Positions 1 through 13,136 of a stretch of 64,000 nucleotides of DNA are shown here, piece by piece; the first letter of the stretch is position 1; every line of letters starts with the position of its first letter. The position numbers and the translations under genes were made by a program. Below the pieces are notes generated by a model that did no database searches, was not told the origin of the DNA, and saw nothing but the letters and a program-made list of their open reading frames with translations. This DNA comes from Paramecium tetraurelia (Eukaryota). The stretch covers positions 248,001-312,000 of the forward strand of contig CT868252.1 in the NCBI GenBank assembly GCA_000165425.1, given 5' to 3'.

Positions 1-3000
1 TTAAGAAGTGAAATATTTTAAAAAGGAGCATTCAAGTACCTTGCTTTTGGAATAATTTGAATTAAATAAATTATGTTTAAATGGTTTGACAGAAGAATAA
101 AAGGAGGAGGAAGAAGATTCAAATTAATTGCTGTTTTGTTAAGCTTATGTAATAATTGAGAACAAAGGTTAGGAGGATATTCTATTTTAATTGAACATTT
201 GGAACCCTGATGCTAGAATAGAAATGAAAGACGGACAGCAATATTAATTTAATTTAGAGTATTTATCAAAAGAAACCTTTTTATATTATAAAATTATCTC
301 TAATGATACCGATGTTTAATTACATATTAATTCACATTATGGTTATACTAAATATGAGATTGAAATTATTGATACTTAGAATTAATAAGCAGTTTCTTTG
401 TTTGCAAAAGAAGAGTACAAAACATAGCATTCCAAAAGCATTTACATGAGTGCATTTGCATTTTGTGGCAAAAATTGCTTATTAAAAATTTCATTAGTAG
501 CATAACAATAAGAATACAACATTTCATAAATTAACAGAACCTTAGATTTTGATGATTTGGTGTATGTCACTGTGACACAAGAATTTATGGATATACAGAC
601 TGGCATCCCAACTTAAATTCAAGTTAATTAGAATTCTCCAAGAAAATTCATTTACAATTAGATAAATGATCTGTCATAAGAATCAAAAATGAAATTAGTG
701 TTACATGAAATTTATGGAAGAGGGACGATTTGTTTATCATTTAATGATGAAGACTAATAAAATTTAGAGAATTGTGAATTTTAAGTATTAGGAAATGTAT
801 TAGAACTAACAAAGCAGTAAATATAATCGAAATTGGATGAATTAAAACTAAAACAAAACCCTTACATTGTAATAACAGTATTTTCATTAGTGAGTACTAG
901 CAAATTGCAATTATCAATAGAAATATTCGATGACAAAAATAATCATAAATTGGTTTTAGGAATTCCTACCAGGATAAAAATGAATGCCTAAGAGGAATCA
1001 TTTTATTAATACTTTAATATTCAAAGTAATGATGATTTATACTTCAAATTCATAAAAATGCAAGGGCAAACCTATATTGAAGTAAGTAGATGCCTAGATG
1101 ACTCAAAAATAGCATGTGAATCAGAAGTAATAATAAATGAATAATTTTTGACTGGCCAATCTTATAGTCAACACATTATCCATAAATCGGATATCAAAAG
1201 ATATTGTGAACTATGTACATACGTAATTAAAGTTAAAACCATTGGCAATTCTTTGGATTTATTAATAGTAATCACTTCATAATTAAACTTTGTGTAACTC
1301 CCTTAGAATATAGCATTCACAGATTTTTTAGATGGACCAGATGACTACAATATTTATCATTATTCTTATGATACAGATCATCAAATAGAAGTTCAAATAA
1401 ATCAATATAATGGAGACACTTAGATGTGGATTGGATATCATGCAGATCTTAATATATCCAACTATCTTTATGGACCATACAACACCATTAAATAAATGAA
1501 ATTGATGAATATCACAAATTCAATTACTTACTATTAAGCCATTATACCACCCAGATAACACTTAGAAGAGAATGACAAAGATTACAATATAACTTAATAG
1601 ATCAATGGAAATTAGACTCTTGTTGGACATTACAATGATGATGACATCTATATTATTGTTAAGAACAATCAGTAAAGACAAACAAATTATTCTATTATTG
1701 TTACTCAATCTACAACAGGCAATGGTTAACTATTATAGGACGGAATAATCACATCTGCATATTTGAGCAAGCTGACCCCTACAATAACATTCTATCATTA
1801 ATAAAAAAATTAATAATAACTCTAGCTCTTTGTAAAAGTAAATCCATATGGAAATTTGAATAATTTACCTTTTGAAGATTATTTCAAAATAGAAATATCA
1901 GATGAAGCAAATTCAAGTAATTTTACAATAATCCATGCTTTTTCAATTCGTAATAATTAATTAACTTATATACTTCCAGTGCTTGAAGGCATGATAACAA
2001 TAAAAATGCACAGTTTGTTGGAGATATCTTCTAATGATTTCAATCATGTCGATTATTCTTTTAATCCAAGAGGAGATATTATTCCTATTCCTAAATAACC
2101 TTAACCTAGACTCTATTATTTTTCAAATAACTATTTAAATAGAATAGACTTATAGATCAGCATAGTTGGATAGGATGTTTACATGATCAATCAGAATTCT
2201 AATTAAATAGATATGATTGTTGATTAGAGACCAAAATACTATGAATCATATATATAAGGGGATGGGAAATTGGCAATTCAAGTTTACAATTGTCTTGGAG
2301 ATTTGAGTGTGTCTATCACTCAAGATTATGATTAATTTTTAAATAATACTTATAATGGAACCAAGACAACTTTGGAAGGACAATTAACTGACATTTTAAT
2401 GACTGTAAAGCCTGGTCCTATTTATTATTAATTCTCGTCTAAAAGTAGTGTGTATAAGTTTACAACTAAATTGTATTCTTAATAAGACAAGATTCCTTAT
2501 GGTTAATTGATTTTAGGAGGAGATGGATAAATCAATTATTTCTTTGGTACTACTGATCCAGACATAATTACTATTAAATTCAAGCCAATAAAATGTGTAG
2601 GATGCGATTTGCAGTAGGAACATAATAGTGTTATTAAATACTATGTGAATTGGGGCAGCAGTGTTGAATATTCGCATATCATAGGACTTTGTCAATATCA
2701 TTCTTATAATAATTTGAATAAATTACAGGTGGAGCATTTTGATTAGAAGGATGTTGGCAATTATTATTTGAATTAAACTGAAGAGATTTCTTTTAATATC
2801 ACAGTCGATAAATAGTCACTACATAATTAATTGTTTATTTCTATTAGAGCATAAGTTTTATAATTCAATAATGTCCCTGTTGGTGACTATGAATTGTATT
2901 ATCATATTGCAGAAGTTGGATTGCCAAAGAATGCTTTCTATATGTATAAACATAGATTCTTTGAATTTGTGATTGCTTTGTCTATTTTGGCAGCGACTAC

Positions 3001-3203
3001 TTTCAGCATGTAAATTAAGATATATATTTGTTAGGCTCTGCTGTTTATGTATTTTCTATAGAAAAGCTCGTAAGTTAAAGAAGTAGAATTTGAATATGCA
3101 ATTGGAATAGAGGATGGAAAGTGCAAAATAGAAAGAGTAGACAGAAGTGCAAGTGGGATATGATTCTTTTTAGGATGAGAATAATGAATAGTCAAATTAA
3201 TGA
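1..3203 (+). CDS. Large single-pass (type I) membrane protein, 5' end outside window; >1000-aa beta-rich ectodomain, TM helix, short cytosolic tail
   Basis: Long frame-2 ORF under table 6 (QEVKYFKKEHSS...). Hydrophobic FFEFVIALSILAATTFSMLCCLCIFY is followed by basic RKARKLKK. 25-nt intron at 3010-3034; TGA at 3201-3203. Confidence 0.8.
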
Positions 3204-3226
3204 TCATAAATATATATATATATTTA

Positions 3227-4817
3227 TCACACACCAACACTAGGCGAAACATCATAATAGTAATTATAATCTTCGCTTAAATGAAATTGTAGGCGTGGTA
3301 CTTACAATTATTCGAGTAGTTATTCATCTATATAATCGTATTGATTTGAGTCAGCTAATATATAATAATCAATAAATAAATACTGAATTGTTGATCGATC
3401 ATTCTGCAATTTTCCTGGTATCTAAGTGCATAATCTTTTTATCCAGAACTTAAGGCATTTAATATTTTTTTAATTAATATGCGTTTAATAAAAATCATCA
3501 CTTTGGGAAACCATTTCAAGTGATCCTACTCCAAATTATTAAGAATTTAATAGGGATTCATTAAAAACCTCTCCACATACTCCAACATATACAATCCACA
3601 ATCTACTAGATTCGTTTATCTTGGTACTATAGGCTAGTGCACAGGAAAAGTTGATCTCATCACAATCTCATAGATCTAATCATCAGTATATCTCTTGTGC
3701 TCTTGATTATAGACATGCATCAAATAAAACTTAATTTGTATTCCAATCCTTTAATCCTATACAAGAAGAGAATCGAAATAGATTAAATACCCATTCTTAT
3801 TCACATCATTACTCAATTAATAGTTATTATTACACAATTGTTCGCAAACTTGCAATGGATTCACTACAAATATCACTGCCCAATGTTCACGTAAATGCAG
3901 AGGGAACAATACATATTATTTCATAAAGATGTTTTCTTTTGTCCATCTCTATAGCATTTAATTGTTTTATAAGTATTGAGCATAAATTTGTTTGTATTCT
4001 GCATGAAACGATAACAGTCGAGTGCAGAAATAAGTGTTGTAAATAAGTAGAGATTTGTTTTTGAAGATATCATTCTCAATGAATCTTAAGAAAAAGTTTA
4101 TTATAGTGTCATTAACATAATTCTGAGGATTTAACTTTAAGAAATCGTAATACTTGATGTCAATACTTACTAATCTCCCCTGACTCAAATATTGATAAGT
4201 GCATTTGAAATCTTCTTTTACTTTCTCGTCATATGCATGATGTTTTGATTGCAAGTCTAATTCATTTATCAATTCCAAATAAGCTTGTTATTGCATTTCC
4301 TATTTCATTAATTGTATGTTTTACTTTCTGCTTTTAGATCTTCTCCTTCAATTGATGCTTAACAATCTAATCCAATTCACTCTCTTCCTAAACTACAACA
4401 TCGCATTCATATGTCATTGTTGGCTTTAAATTCATTAACCATTTCGGTGAAACTAATTGAGGTGCTGCTATGATCTCAATATCTTATTCCTTTTTTTGTT
4501 ATTGTGTAATTGTCTAAATTAATTGTATGTCTTTTGAAGGTTATTAAATTTCCAGTTTCTCCAATTAATTCAATAACTCTAGATGTTCTTGTCTCTTATT
4601 TTGAATCAACTACTCCATCTTGTTTTATTATTATTTCTTTTTTGCTTTTATCATTTAATTTATATTATAAAAATGGTGGATTTAATTAACCAAACAAATT
4701 TCATGATACAAATAATAACTCAACTATATTCCTCACCATTACATCACTCTTCTATAGCAACATACCTTAAATTCATTAATAAGCTATTATCATTATTATT
4801 ATTATTAATTTAGACAT
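3227..4817 (-). CDS. Ulp1/SENP-family SUMO protease (peptidase C48)
   Basis: Motifs LNPQNYVNDTIINFFL, YNTYF, LFPLHLREHWAVIFV (His), IYFDSL (Asp), PRQTNLVDCGLYML (Gln/Cys). Stop at 3227; 5' end uncertain. Confidence 0.88.
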
Positions 4818-5167
4818 AAAATAATAAGGGATCATATTTATCAATTATTTCTTTCGCTAATTAAAATGTTATGATTCTCTACTTTAATATTAATTTTATA
4901 AAATATAATAACATATTTTTTGTAATACTTTTTCAAATCATTCAAATTATTAGATTGCCATATTTAATTTCATACTGTTCTAAAAGTAATCCATTTTCCA
5001 ATACTGACCTTTTCTATCGTCTTAAAATTTTCCTTTAAAGAATCAAATATTAAATTTGATCATTTTTATCTCAACTTATTGTTTATTACAGTAAGTATTT
5101 ATAAATAAAACTAATTTATATTTTAATTTGATGTTTATAAAAAATATGATAAACTTGAAAATCCAAA

Positions 5168-6291
5168 TCATTTTAGTTATTGATTAGATTGATTTTGTAC
5201 AAGATATTTCTCAATTTCTTCTACATCTAACCATCTCTTTTTTATTCCATCCTTCCACTCACCATATTTTTTTTCTCCATCAGGCAAAAAGTATACACCA
5301 ATCCCTTACTATTTACCTAACTTATAATATAATAATTTACCGTTAATCCAAATACCCTCATATTTCCTTCCATCTCCCCATTCAAATGATCCTCTACCAT
5401 GTTTTTTATCATCAACATATTCCTAAAATTAAAATAAATTTACTCCTATGTATTTTCTTCCATCCATCCAACTCACTTATCCATGTCCATGCATTTTGTT
5501 TCTCTTCCATTATCCTGAATATATTCTGCTATCTGGCCATTAATATGTTCCATATCCATCTATTTGATTATCAACAAATGTTCCTTCATATTTAGAACCA
5601 TCTACAAAAATTAGTATTCCCTAACCATTTTTCTTTCCTACTTTATATTCCCCTTCATATTTAGCACCATCTGGCCATATTTCCACTCCAAGACCTTCTT
5701 ATTTATCATCGACCCACTAAAACATTTTATTCAATAGATTACATTTCCTTAATATTTCGCCCCATTGATATGGATATAGTCGCCCTTCCCATTTGCTTTA
5801 TCATTTGACCATTCTCCTTCATAAATATCACCATCAGCATGCAATAATTTCCCCCAACCACAGCTTTTATCATCTTTCCATTAACCTTCATAACTTGAAC
5901 CATCAGGCCATTGTTATTTTCCAAATCCATCTCTTTTACCTAACAGCCATTCTCCTTCATATATTGCACCCTTATCTAATTAAATTGGTCCAAATTTTTA
6001 TCTTTCCATGCAATTTATATATGTGATACTCACCTCTTTTAATGATTGTGGGTCTAAATTCTTTTTTAAGGACTAACTATCATTATCAGCATCAAATTTT
6101 TCTCTTTCTTTATTTATCGACTTCGGAGATTAATTAATTTGCTCTTGTCGCGATCCAGAGTTTATGCTACTTCCATTATCTTCATAATTTTGAAGATCAA
6201 TATTATCTAAATCTATTTCGTTCTTTCGACAATCTTTTGAAACTAATTCCCCATTTTTCATGGCACAACAATTAACTTGACAAGTACCCAT
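5168..6291 (-). CDS. MORN-repeat protein with N-terminal myristoylation/palmitoylation motif
   Basis: Starts MGTCQVNCC. Tandem YEGEW..GKRDGFG..WPDGS repeats; several short introns. Confidence 0.9.
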
Positions 6292-6676
6292 ATTAAGTAT
6301 AATATTATATATATAGATGTAATATTAATGTTCAAATTTCCTATCTTTGATTAATTTTAAAGCTATATTATTTATATATTTCAGGTCTTTTTAATTTATT
6401 ACAATTGTTTGCTAATATTTTAAAATGAATGGTATTATTAAATAATTAAATAATATACTAAAGCTAAATAATTTAATGTAACAATTTATTACATTTTCTG
6501 TATTGAGTATTAGTTTTCACTTACTTTAAAGTTTTATAACTAGTTTAATTAAATTTGATAAAAATTGGGTTAAGCACTTTGAATTGAAAATGACTACATA
6601 TAAAAGAATGTTTTCTGTTGTATTTTTTATTAATTCAATAAGACTAAGACAATTTTATATATATATTATTAATAAA

Positions 6677-8123
6677 ATGATTAAGAATTGCATATATCCT
6701 TTAATTGGATTTTTTACTGTTGTTGGAAGAATTTTCATATTTTTTTGCTTTTGGTGGGCATATGATGGTGTTGAAGAAGCTTTCAGTGATAAAAGATTAG
6801 GGTACTAAAATGAATTTTATGCTTGGGAATCACCTCCTATTTTTAAAATACAGTAATTATTCTCAAACCCAAATTGTCCAGATGGAGTATGATAAGTGAT
6901 TAAATATTAGACTGAAATACTGTATAATTATATTTGGTAAGGGAGATAATCGTTCACAGAAGATGGAGTTGAATAAAAAAGCATCTCTTCACATCAATTC
7001 AAATTTTGGGTGTATGAACCTTTGCCTTCTAAGAAATTTATACTCTGCGCAACATTAGGATTGAAAAATGAGACTTATGCATAGTTTGGAAGAGTTAAGA
7101 AAACTTGTGAGGATAGATAAATGAGATCATGTAGTAATGGTAGGTTTTGTGTTCCATCTACTTATCAATATTGTCCAATTACTAAAGTAGAATTTGATGA
7201 AGCAGGTGTTCTGAAGACTGAAGTTGACCCATCCGAGATGCCTATAGCATATTTTAAGGTTGATACTTACTTTGTTAGTGTTTACAACAACAGAGATTAA
7301 AATTTGTATCCAAATCAACCTTAGGATGATAAACTTGTAGAGAAATACTCCTCTAAAGACATTGAATACAAAGATAACTCTTTCATTCCTTTAAATACTG
7401 TAAATGACTAATTATTTTACTCAATTAATTCAGCATCTGATTATGATCGAACTATAAGTGCAAATTACAATAAGACATTATTTTATAGAAGATATAAAGA
7501 ATGGTAGTATGAAGCATTGGGAGATTTATTTGACTATGCATTCAATATTTTTGATTCATTAGACGAGATTATTATGTTGTCTGATTCTGGTACAATAACA
7601 TCATTGATTTATCTATTATTGGTTTGCTACCTTATTCCAGCACTCCCTGTTATCTTGAGATTTATTAGTGTATTCAAAGTGGAAAACATATTTATTTGGG
7701 ATATTGTCATCAGAATGGTTTTGTTGTTTACATTGTTGGCTTAATCATTATATATTATTAAACAATGTCAAGATGTAGTAAACTATTCTAATCTATTATT
7801 AAAAAATGATAATATTGTTGGATTTGAAGTATATTTCATATCATTATATAAAGGATCAATATGATGGTGTAATCGAACTTATAGATGGGTAGGAACCATA
7901 TCATATAATTTCAATTGCAGTTTCATTAGGATTCTTAGGAGTTGAAGTATTTTTGTGGTTCACAATTGGTTTGAAGGCTTGTTTTGCTTGGATAATGAAA
8001 ATTTTTAAATAAATTAAATTCAAAAAATAGATTAAAGAAGAAATTCGAAGGGAAGAAGATATTGAGAATTTAAATCAATTACATTCAAAGCAAGGTAATG
8101 CGGAACAAGAAAAATTAAATTGA
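6677..8123 (+). CDS. Multi-pass membrane protein with Cys-containing extracellular loop, unknown function
   Basis: N-terminal hydrophobic segment (MIKNCIYPLIGFFTVVGRIFIFFCFWW), loop with CGSNGRFCVPSTYQYCPITK, 3-4 C-terminal TM segments, TGA 8121-8123. Confidence 0.75.
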
Positions 8124-8171
8124 TATTCACAATAATATTTAAATTTTGCATTTAATATCATTTCAATTTAT

Positions 8172-9264
8172 TCAGTATTATATTTTGTTACTAAGATCAG
8201 TAGTTTTAGCAAAATCTGATTCTATGAATTAAAACATTCTTGCTGCAATAATATGAATACGTTATCTTTTAAGAATGTCAATTAATTTTAACTATTTCTT
8301 TAAAGCCTGAAGTGATTCTGTTATTTATTGTTCAATTCTTTAATTATCCTTTTTGAATTAGTCTATATTTAAAGATAAATCGCTCTATTTATCATTATTA
8401 GATAATTTATTTTTTTATTGTTCTAATTTCAACTTTTAAATTTATTCAACTGTTCTATTTATTCCAATATCTTTTTTATTAGCTTCTGCATCAATTTTTC
8501 TATATTCCTTCTTAACTGATTCTATTTCTTTTGTGATTGCCAGATTTTCTTTTTCTGACGCTTTAGTCTTTTATTAAGCTTCCAATAATTTTTATCTGAA
8601 TTATTCGTATTTTTCATTCAAACTAACAATTTGGGCATTATACTTTTTGGTTTAATCAACAATGTTCTTCCCTTTCAATTCTATTTCTTAAATTAAATTT
8701 TCTTTCATCTTGTTTTATTATAGTATATTATCTAATTCCTATTTCAAGGCATCTGCTTTCAAACTTTACATTCTTAATATTTTTTCTACATAGTTTAGAT
8801 AGTAATACTTTATTCATCTACTATTAGTTCTTATTCTAAGATTTCTTATTTTTTGTCATCATATTTTATAGGCTATTGACTATCTCTATTTTGGTCAGCA
8901 CTCTTGATGTTTCTAACCTGATTTACCATCTATTGAACAGCAACATCATTATTGAAATCTTCATCTTCAGAAGAGTCATAATTTTACTATTACTATAAAT
9001 CTTACTCTTAATCGCTATCATCTTTATATACCTAATTTAAATTGAATTTAATAAATACATCATTGAATTCATTCTCATCGTAATCCAGATTCTCATCATA
9101 GTTATCATCCTCATAATTTGAATCTTTATTTTTGAATTTTATCTAAAATTTTACCAATTACTTCATACATAATCTTCCTTCAATGCTCTTCTTTATTATT
9201 CTAATTCTTAATTCATTCTCATTAATTGTTCTTCTTTTGATCTCAGATCATCATAATTACTCAT
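8172..9264 (-). CDS. TEX9: TEX9-like coiled-coil (centriole/cilium-associated) protein
   Basis: N-terminus MSNYDDLRSKEEQLMRMNQELE and C-terminus [32 protein letters not shown] match the TEX9 signature as recalled. Confidence 0.8.
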
Positions 9265-9285
9265 ATTATTATATAATAATTATAT

Positions 9286-10189
9286 TCATTTCTCTATAAA
9301 AACATACTATTTTTTCATCTTATCCATGTCTTTTTCTAATTATATCAATTCTTTTTCAAATTATTCTTTTCTTCTCTTCTATCCAACTGTGTCAACCTTT
9401 TTTAAATGAGTATATTATTGATATTGTTTATTGACTTCATCATACCTTTGTTTCAAACCATCTCTAATTTATTATAATTCTTCTTCAGACAATAATTATC
9501 TAATTTATATTAGTATTTGGATATTTACAATTTATTATTTTGTTCTTCCAATTGTCGTTTAGCATTGTTTTATTCTTCTAAATAAGATTATTAGAGCTGA
9601 TCTTTGATTTAACTCAAATACAATGGAATTTATCCATAATTTTTTTTGGTTATCCAATTAGGATCTTCTTGTGGTTGTTTTGGAGCTATAAATAAAGATG
9701 GATTTAACATTTGAGAATGACATCAATCTTATTCGTGGCGATGAAATTTCTATTAGATTATAATCCCATTGTCGGTTTTTCAATGGATCTAGGAACCAAA
9801 GGTTTCAACTTATTTCTATGAGAATGAACAAATTCTCGACTTCTTACAAGAGATCCCTTCTCAATCCATTCATCCAAATTGTTAGTGCCCATAATTCTCG
9901 GTTTAATAGGTGAAAGTTGTTCTACAATATTAATTAAGATTATGAACATGTTTTTGCTTTTCCTATAGTTCCACTCTCAGATGCATATCTATTAGATGAC
10001 AATTGATAATCTCCGCTTATGTTTTTAACCTCAAATCTAAGCTGATTTTCATACCTAAATAACATTTGAGTGATTTGCAAATGTACTATAGGATGGCTAT
10101 ATTGTACCTGGGAATTAAGATCTATATTTTTTTTATCGCTTAGGTGGGAGGGGATCTTCTGTTATTATATTATAGATGCTTTCTTCCAT
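9286..10189 (-). CDS. ENKUR: Enkurin (ciliary microtubule inner protein)
   Basis: MEESIYNII N-terminus; C-terminal enkurin domain LSEEELQQIRDGLKQRYDEVNKQYQ...KRRKEQFEKELIQLEKDMDKM. Confidence 0.85.
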
Positions 10190-10207
10190 TAAATAATTAA
10201 TTATATC

Positions 10208-11464
10208 TCATAAATCATATTTTTCTTCTCTCTTTCTCCTTGACTCCTTTATCTCATAATTCCTGATCATCTCATCCAATTATGGATCAGTCTTGCCGTT
10301 ATGAAAGATATTGCTACATGGTTTATTATCTGGCCATGGTACAATATCATAATGTACATGATTATCACCGCTATTCTCAAGCCAACTAAATACTAAGCAA
10401 ATATTTTACTCTTAAAATTTATCAGACAGTTTTCCTCCAGTAGCCATAGGAATTTAGAACTTTGGGTGATTCCAGGCTTCAGTCCAGATGACCATCTCAT
10501 TAAACACACAACTTATTGCCCATAATCCCCAGTCTGGTTTAGCTTTCATCAAATCTTTCAATTCCTATAAAATGCCTGATCTTATCTTCTCAATTTATTT
10601 CTTCTCTTTAGGAGTGCATTTATCTAAATGGATTTTCCCTATACATTCAAAACGGTCATTAACTTCTAATTACCACCAGTCATATTAAGAATGTACTATA
10701 AAAGTTGGGACATCCACCTTTCGAAGAGCATCAAAAGAGAAGATATCATTGATTGTAATACCTACTCTTTATGTGACCTCAGTATATGCATCTAGAATCT
10801 CTTGATTTCTAGAGATATCAAAAATGACACTATCAAGAAGGATTCTTAATTCAACATCTTCTGAATAAAACTCTTTAATGGCTGTTCTTAATTCATTATA
10901 TTTATTAACTAAATACCATCCTCCAACTCCAGAACCTGCTAAAATGATCCTTTTAGGAATTAACTTCATTTATGATAGTGCTCCTTTAAAGGCTTCTGGA
11001 TTCATTTGTTTATGCCACATACTACCATCACAATACATTAAGAACATTTTGTGTGCTTTTCTAAGATGTACATTCTAATATTGAGTATTTCCCATTAAAC
11101 CTTAATTTGCATTGAATTCTTCTGGATACCCGTTGCTAGTTCCATAAAATGTAGAATTTCGATGTGTGCAATTGTCAATGTAAGCATAATCTCCATATTT
11201 TAGAAATTTTGTGCTATCTTAAACACAGATTCCCCCAGAATAGAAATACATAACTAAATCATCAGTGCTGCCTTCAAAAACATAAGCAGCAGCTTTTGTA
11301 CCATCCATACAATAGGAATCCTTTAAATAAGTTCTATGCAATGGATGAGCAAATGAACTTTCTTCATCAGGTGGTTGATTTAAGAATTCATCATCCTCAA
11401 TAGATTCTTCTTCTCCTTGAGCTGCTAATAGACATATTAAAGATGCAAAATAAACAAAGTACAT
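10208..11464 (-). CDS. Pectinacetylesterase/Notum-family protein, probably catalytically inactive
   Basis: Signal peptide, then CMDGTKAAAY, YFYSGGIC, LMYCDGSMW, ILAGSGVGG, SQYDWWQL, WAISCVFNEM. C-terminus EKYDL. Confidence 0.85.
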
Positions 11465-11514
11465 GCCCTATTTATATTTTTAATTATATTAAATTAATTA
11501 ATATCCAAAAAACG

Positions 11515-13083
11515 ATGATTAAGGATGACGTATCTATTATTGCTCCAACCCTTAAAGAACTCAAAGCCAATTTCTTGACTAAAAAGTCTCGACCAATCCC
11601 CTTTAGACTTCAACAGTTGCATAACCTACTGAGAGGCCTTAAGGAATTAAGAAATGAGTTTTACGAGGCTTTTCAGAAAGTAATTTCTTCCTAAAATTCC
11701 AATAGGATTTAGGATACAAAGACTAATACTTTTGTGAATTGGTATAGTATTAAGCAGTGTTAACCCATATTGAATGTGATATCAAAAACATCTACAAATA
11801 CACAGCCAAGAGATCCGTCAGCACATCCATCATGGCAGCTCCAGGAACAAGTTATTTAATACCAGAACCCTACGGAGTTGTCTTAGTAATAGGAGCTTGG
11901 AACTATCCAATCTTCACTTGTATCCCTTAACTATCCCAAGCTATAGGAGCAGGAAATGCAGTTGTTGTAAAACCCTCTGAGTTGGTTCCTCATGTTTCGA
12001 ATATCTTAGCAAAATTGATAACGAATTATTTGGATCAATCTCTCTATCGTGCAATAGAGGGAGGAGTTAATGTAGCAATTAATATTACCAAATAACATTT
12101 TGATCTTATCATTTTTACAGGAGGAACAGAAAAAGGAAAACTAGTAGCCAAAGCTGCAGCCGAAAACTTGGTTCCTTGTATCTTAGAACTTGGTGGCAAA
12201 GGACCCTGCATTATTGATTCATCAAGTGACTTAGCCTTAGCTGGAAGAAGAGTAGTTTCTACAAAATTATTGAATTGTGGTCAAACATGTGTTGCTCCAG
12301 ATTATTTGTTAGTGGAAGAATCAATCCTAGATAACGTTGTCAACACTTTCAAATAATAAATAAAAGACTTCTATGGACCTGAAACCAAAAATTCTGAATG
12401 TCTGAACAGAATAGTTAATGAATTCCATACCAATAGAATTGCTGAATTATTAAATAATCATGGAGGTAAGGTTGTTCATGGTGGTTAATTTGGCTTAAAA
12501 GAAAAGTGGATTGAACCAACATTTGTAGTTAATCCTGATCCTAATAGTGAATTGATGAAGAATGAAATCTTTGGACCAATACTTCCTATTATAACCTATA
12601 AGAACATCGAAGATGCTATTAATTTTATCAATTCTAGACCTAAACCATTGGCTCTCTATTATTTTGGTACAAATAAAGCCCATAAGAATGCTATTCTTGA
12701 ATCTACATCATCAGGAGGTGTTTGTATTAATGATTGCATCTTTCATTTAATTAATCAAGAATTGCCATTTGGAGGAGTAGGTGATAGTGGCTATGGAGTT
12801 TGTGGTAGTAAATTTGGATTTGATCAATGCCAACATCTGAAACCAGTTCTTGAGAAATCAACAATTGATCCATAAGCAAGGTATAATATCTTCGTTATTT
12901 CTTAGATATCCACCATACACCGATAGCAAAAAAAGCTAAATGAAATTCTTAAGTATGCTAGGAACATAGACCCAATCAGAAGTTTTGTATAAACTATTAT
13001 TGGTACTCCTTCTTTTGGGAGTAATTATATACGTAACATGTTTTTGTGGCTGTTCTAAAAATAAGCAATAAGCCGATTTATGA
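11515..13083 (+). CDS. Aldehyde dehydrogenase, ALDH3/fatty-aldehyde type, with C-terminal membrane anchor
   Basis: PEPYGVVLVIGAWNYP, FTGGTEKG, LELGGKGP, NCGQTCVAPDY, EIFGPILP, LPFGGVGDSG. Hydrophobic tail, ends QQADL; two introns. Confidence 0.95.
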
Positions 13084-13136
13084 TATCATTAAAATATAAA
13101 GAGCAATTAATTATATATATGTATATTATTTTATAT

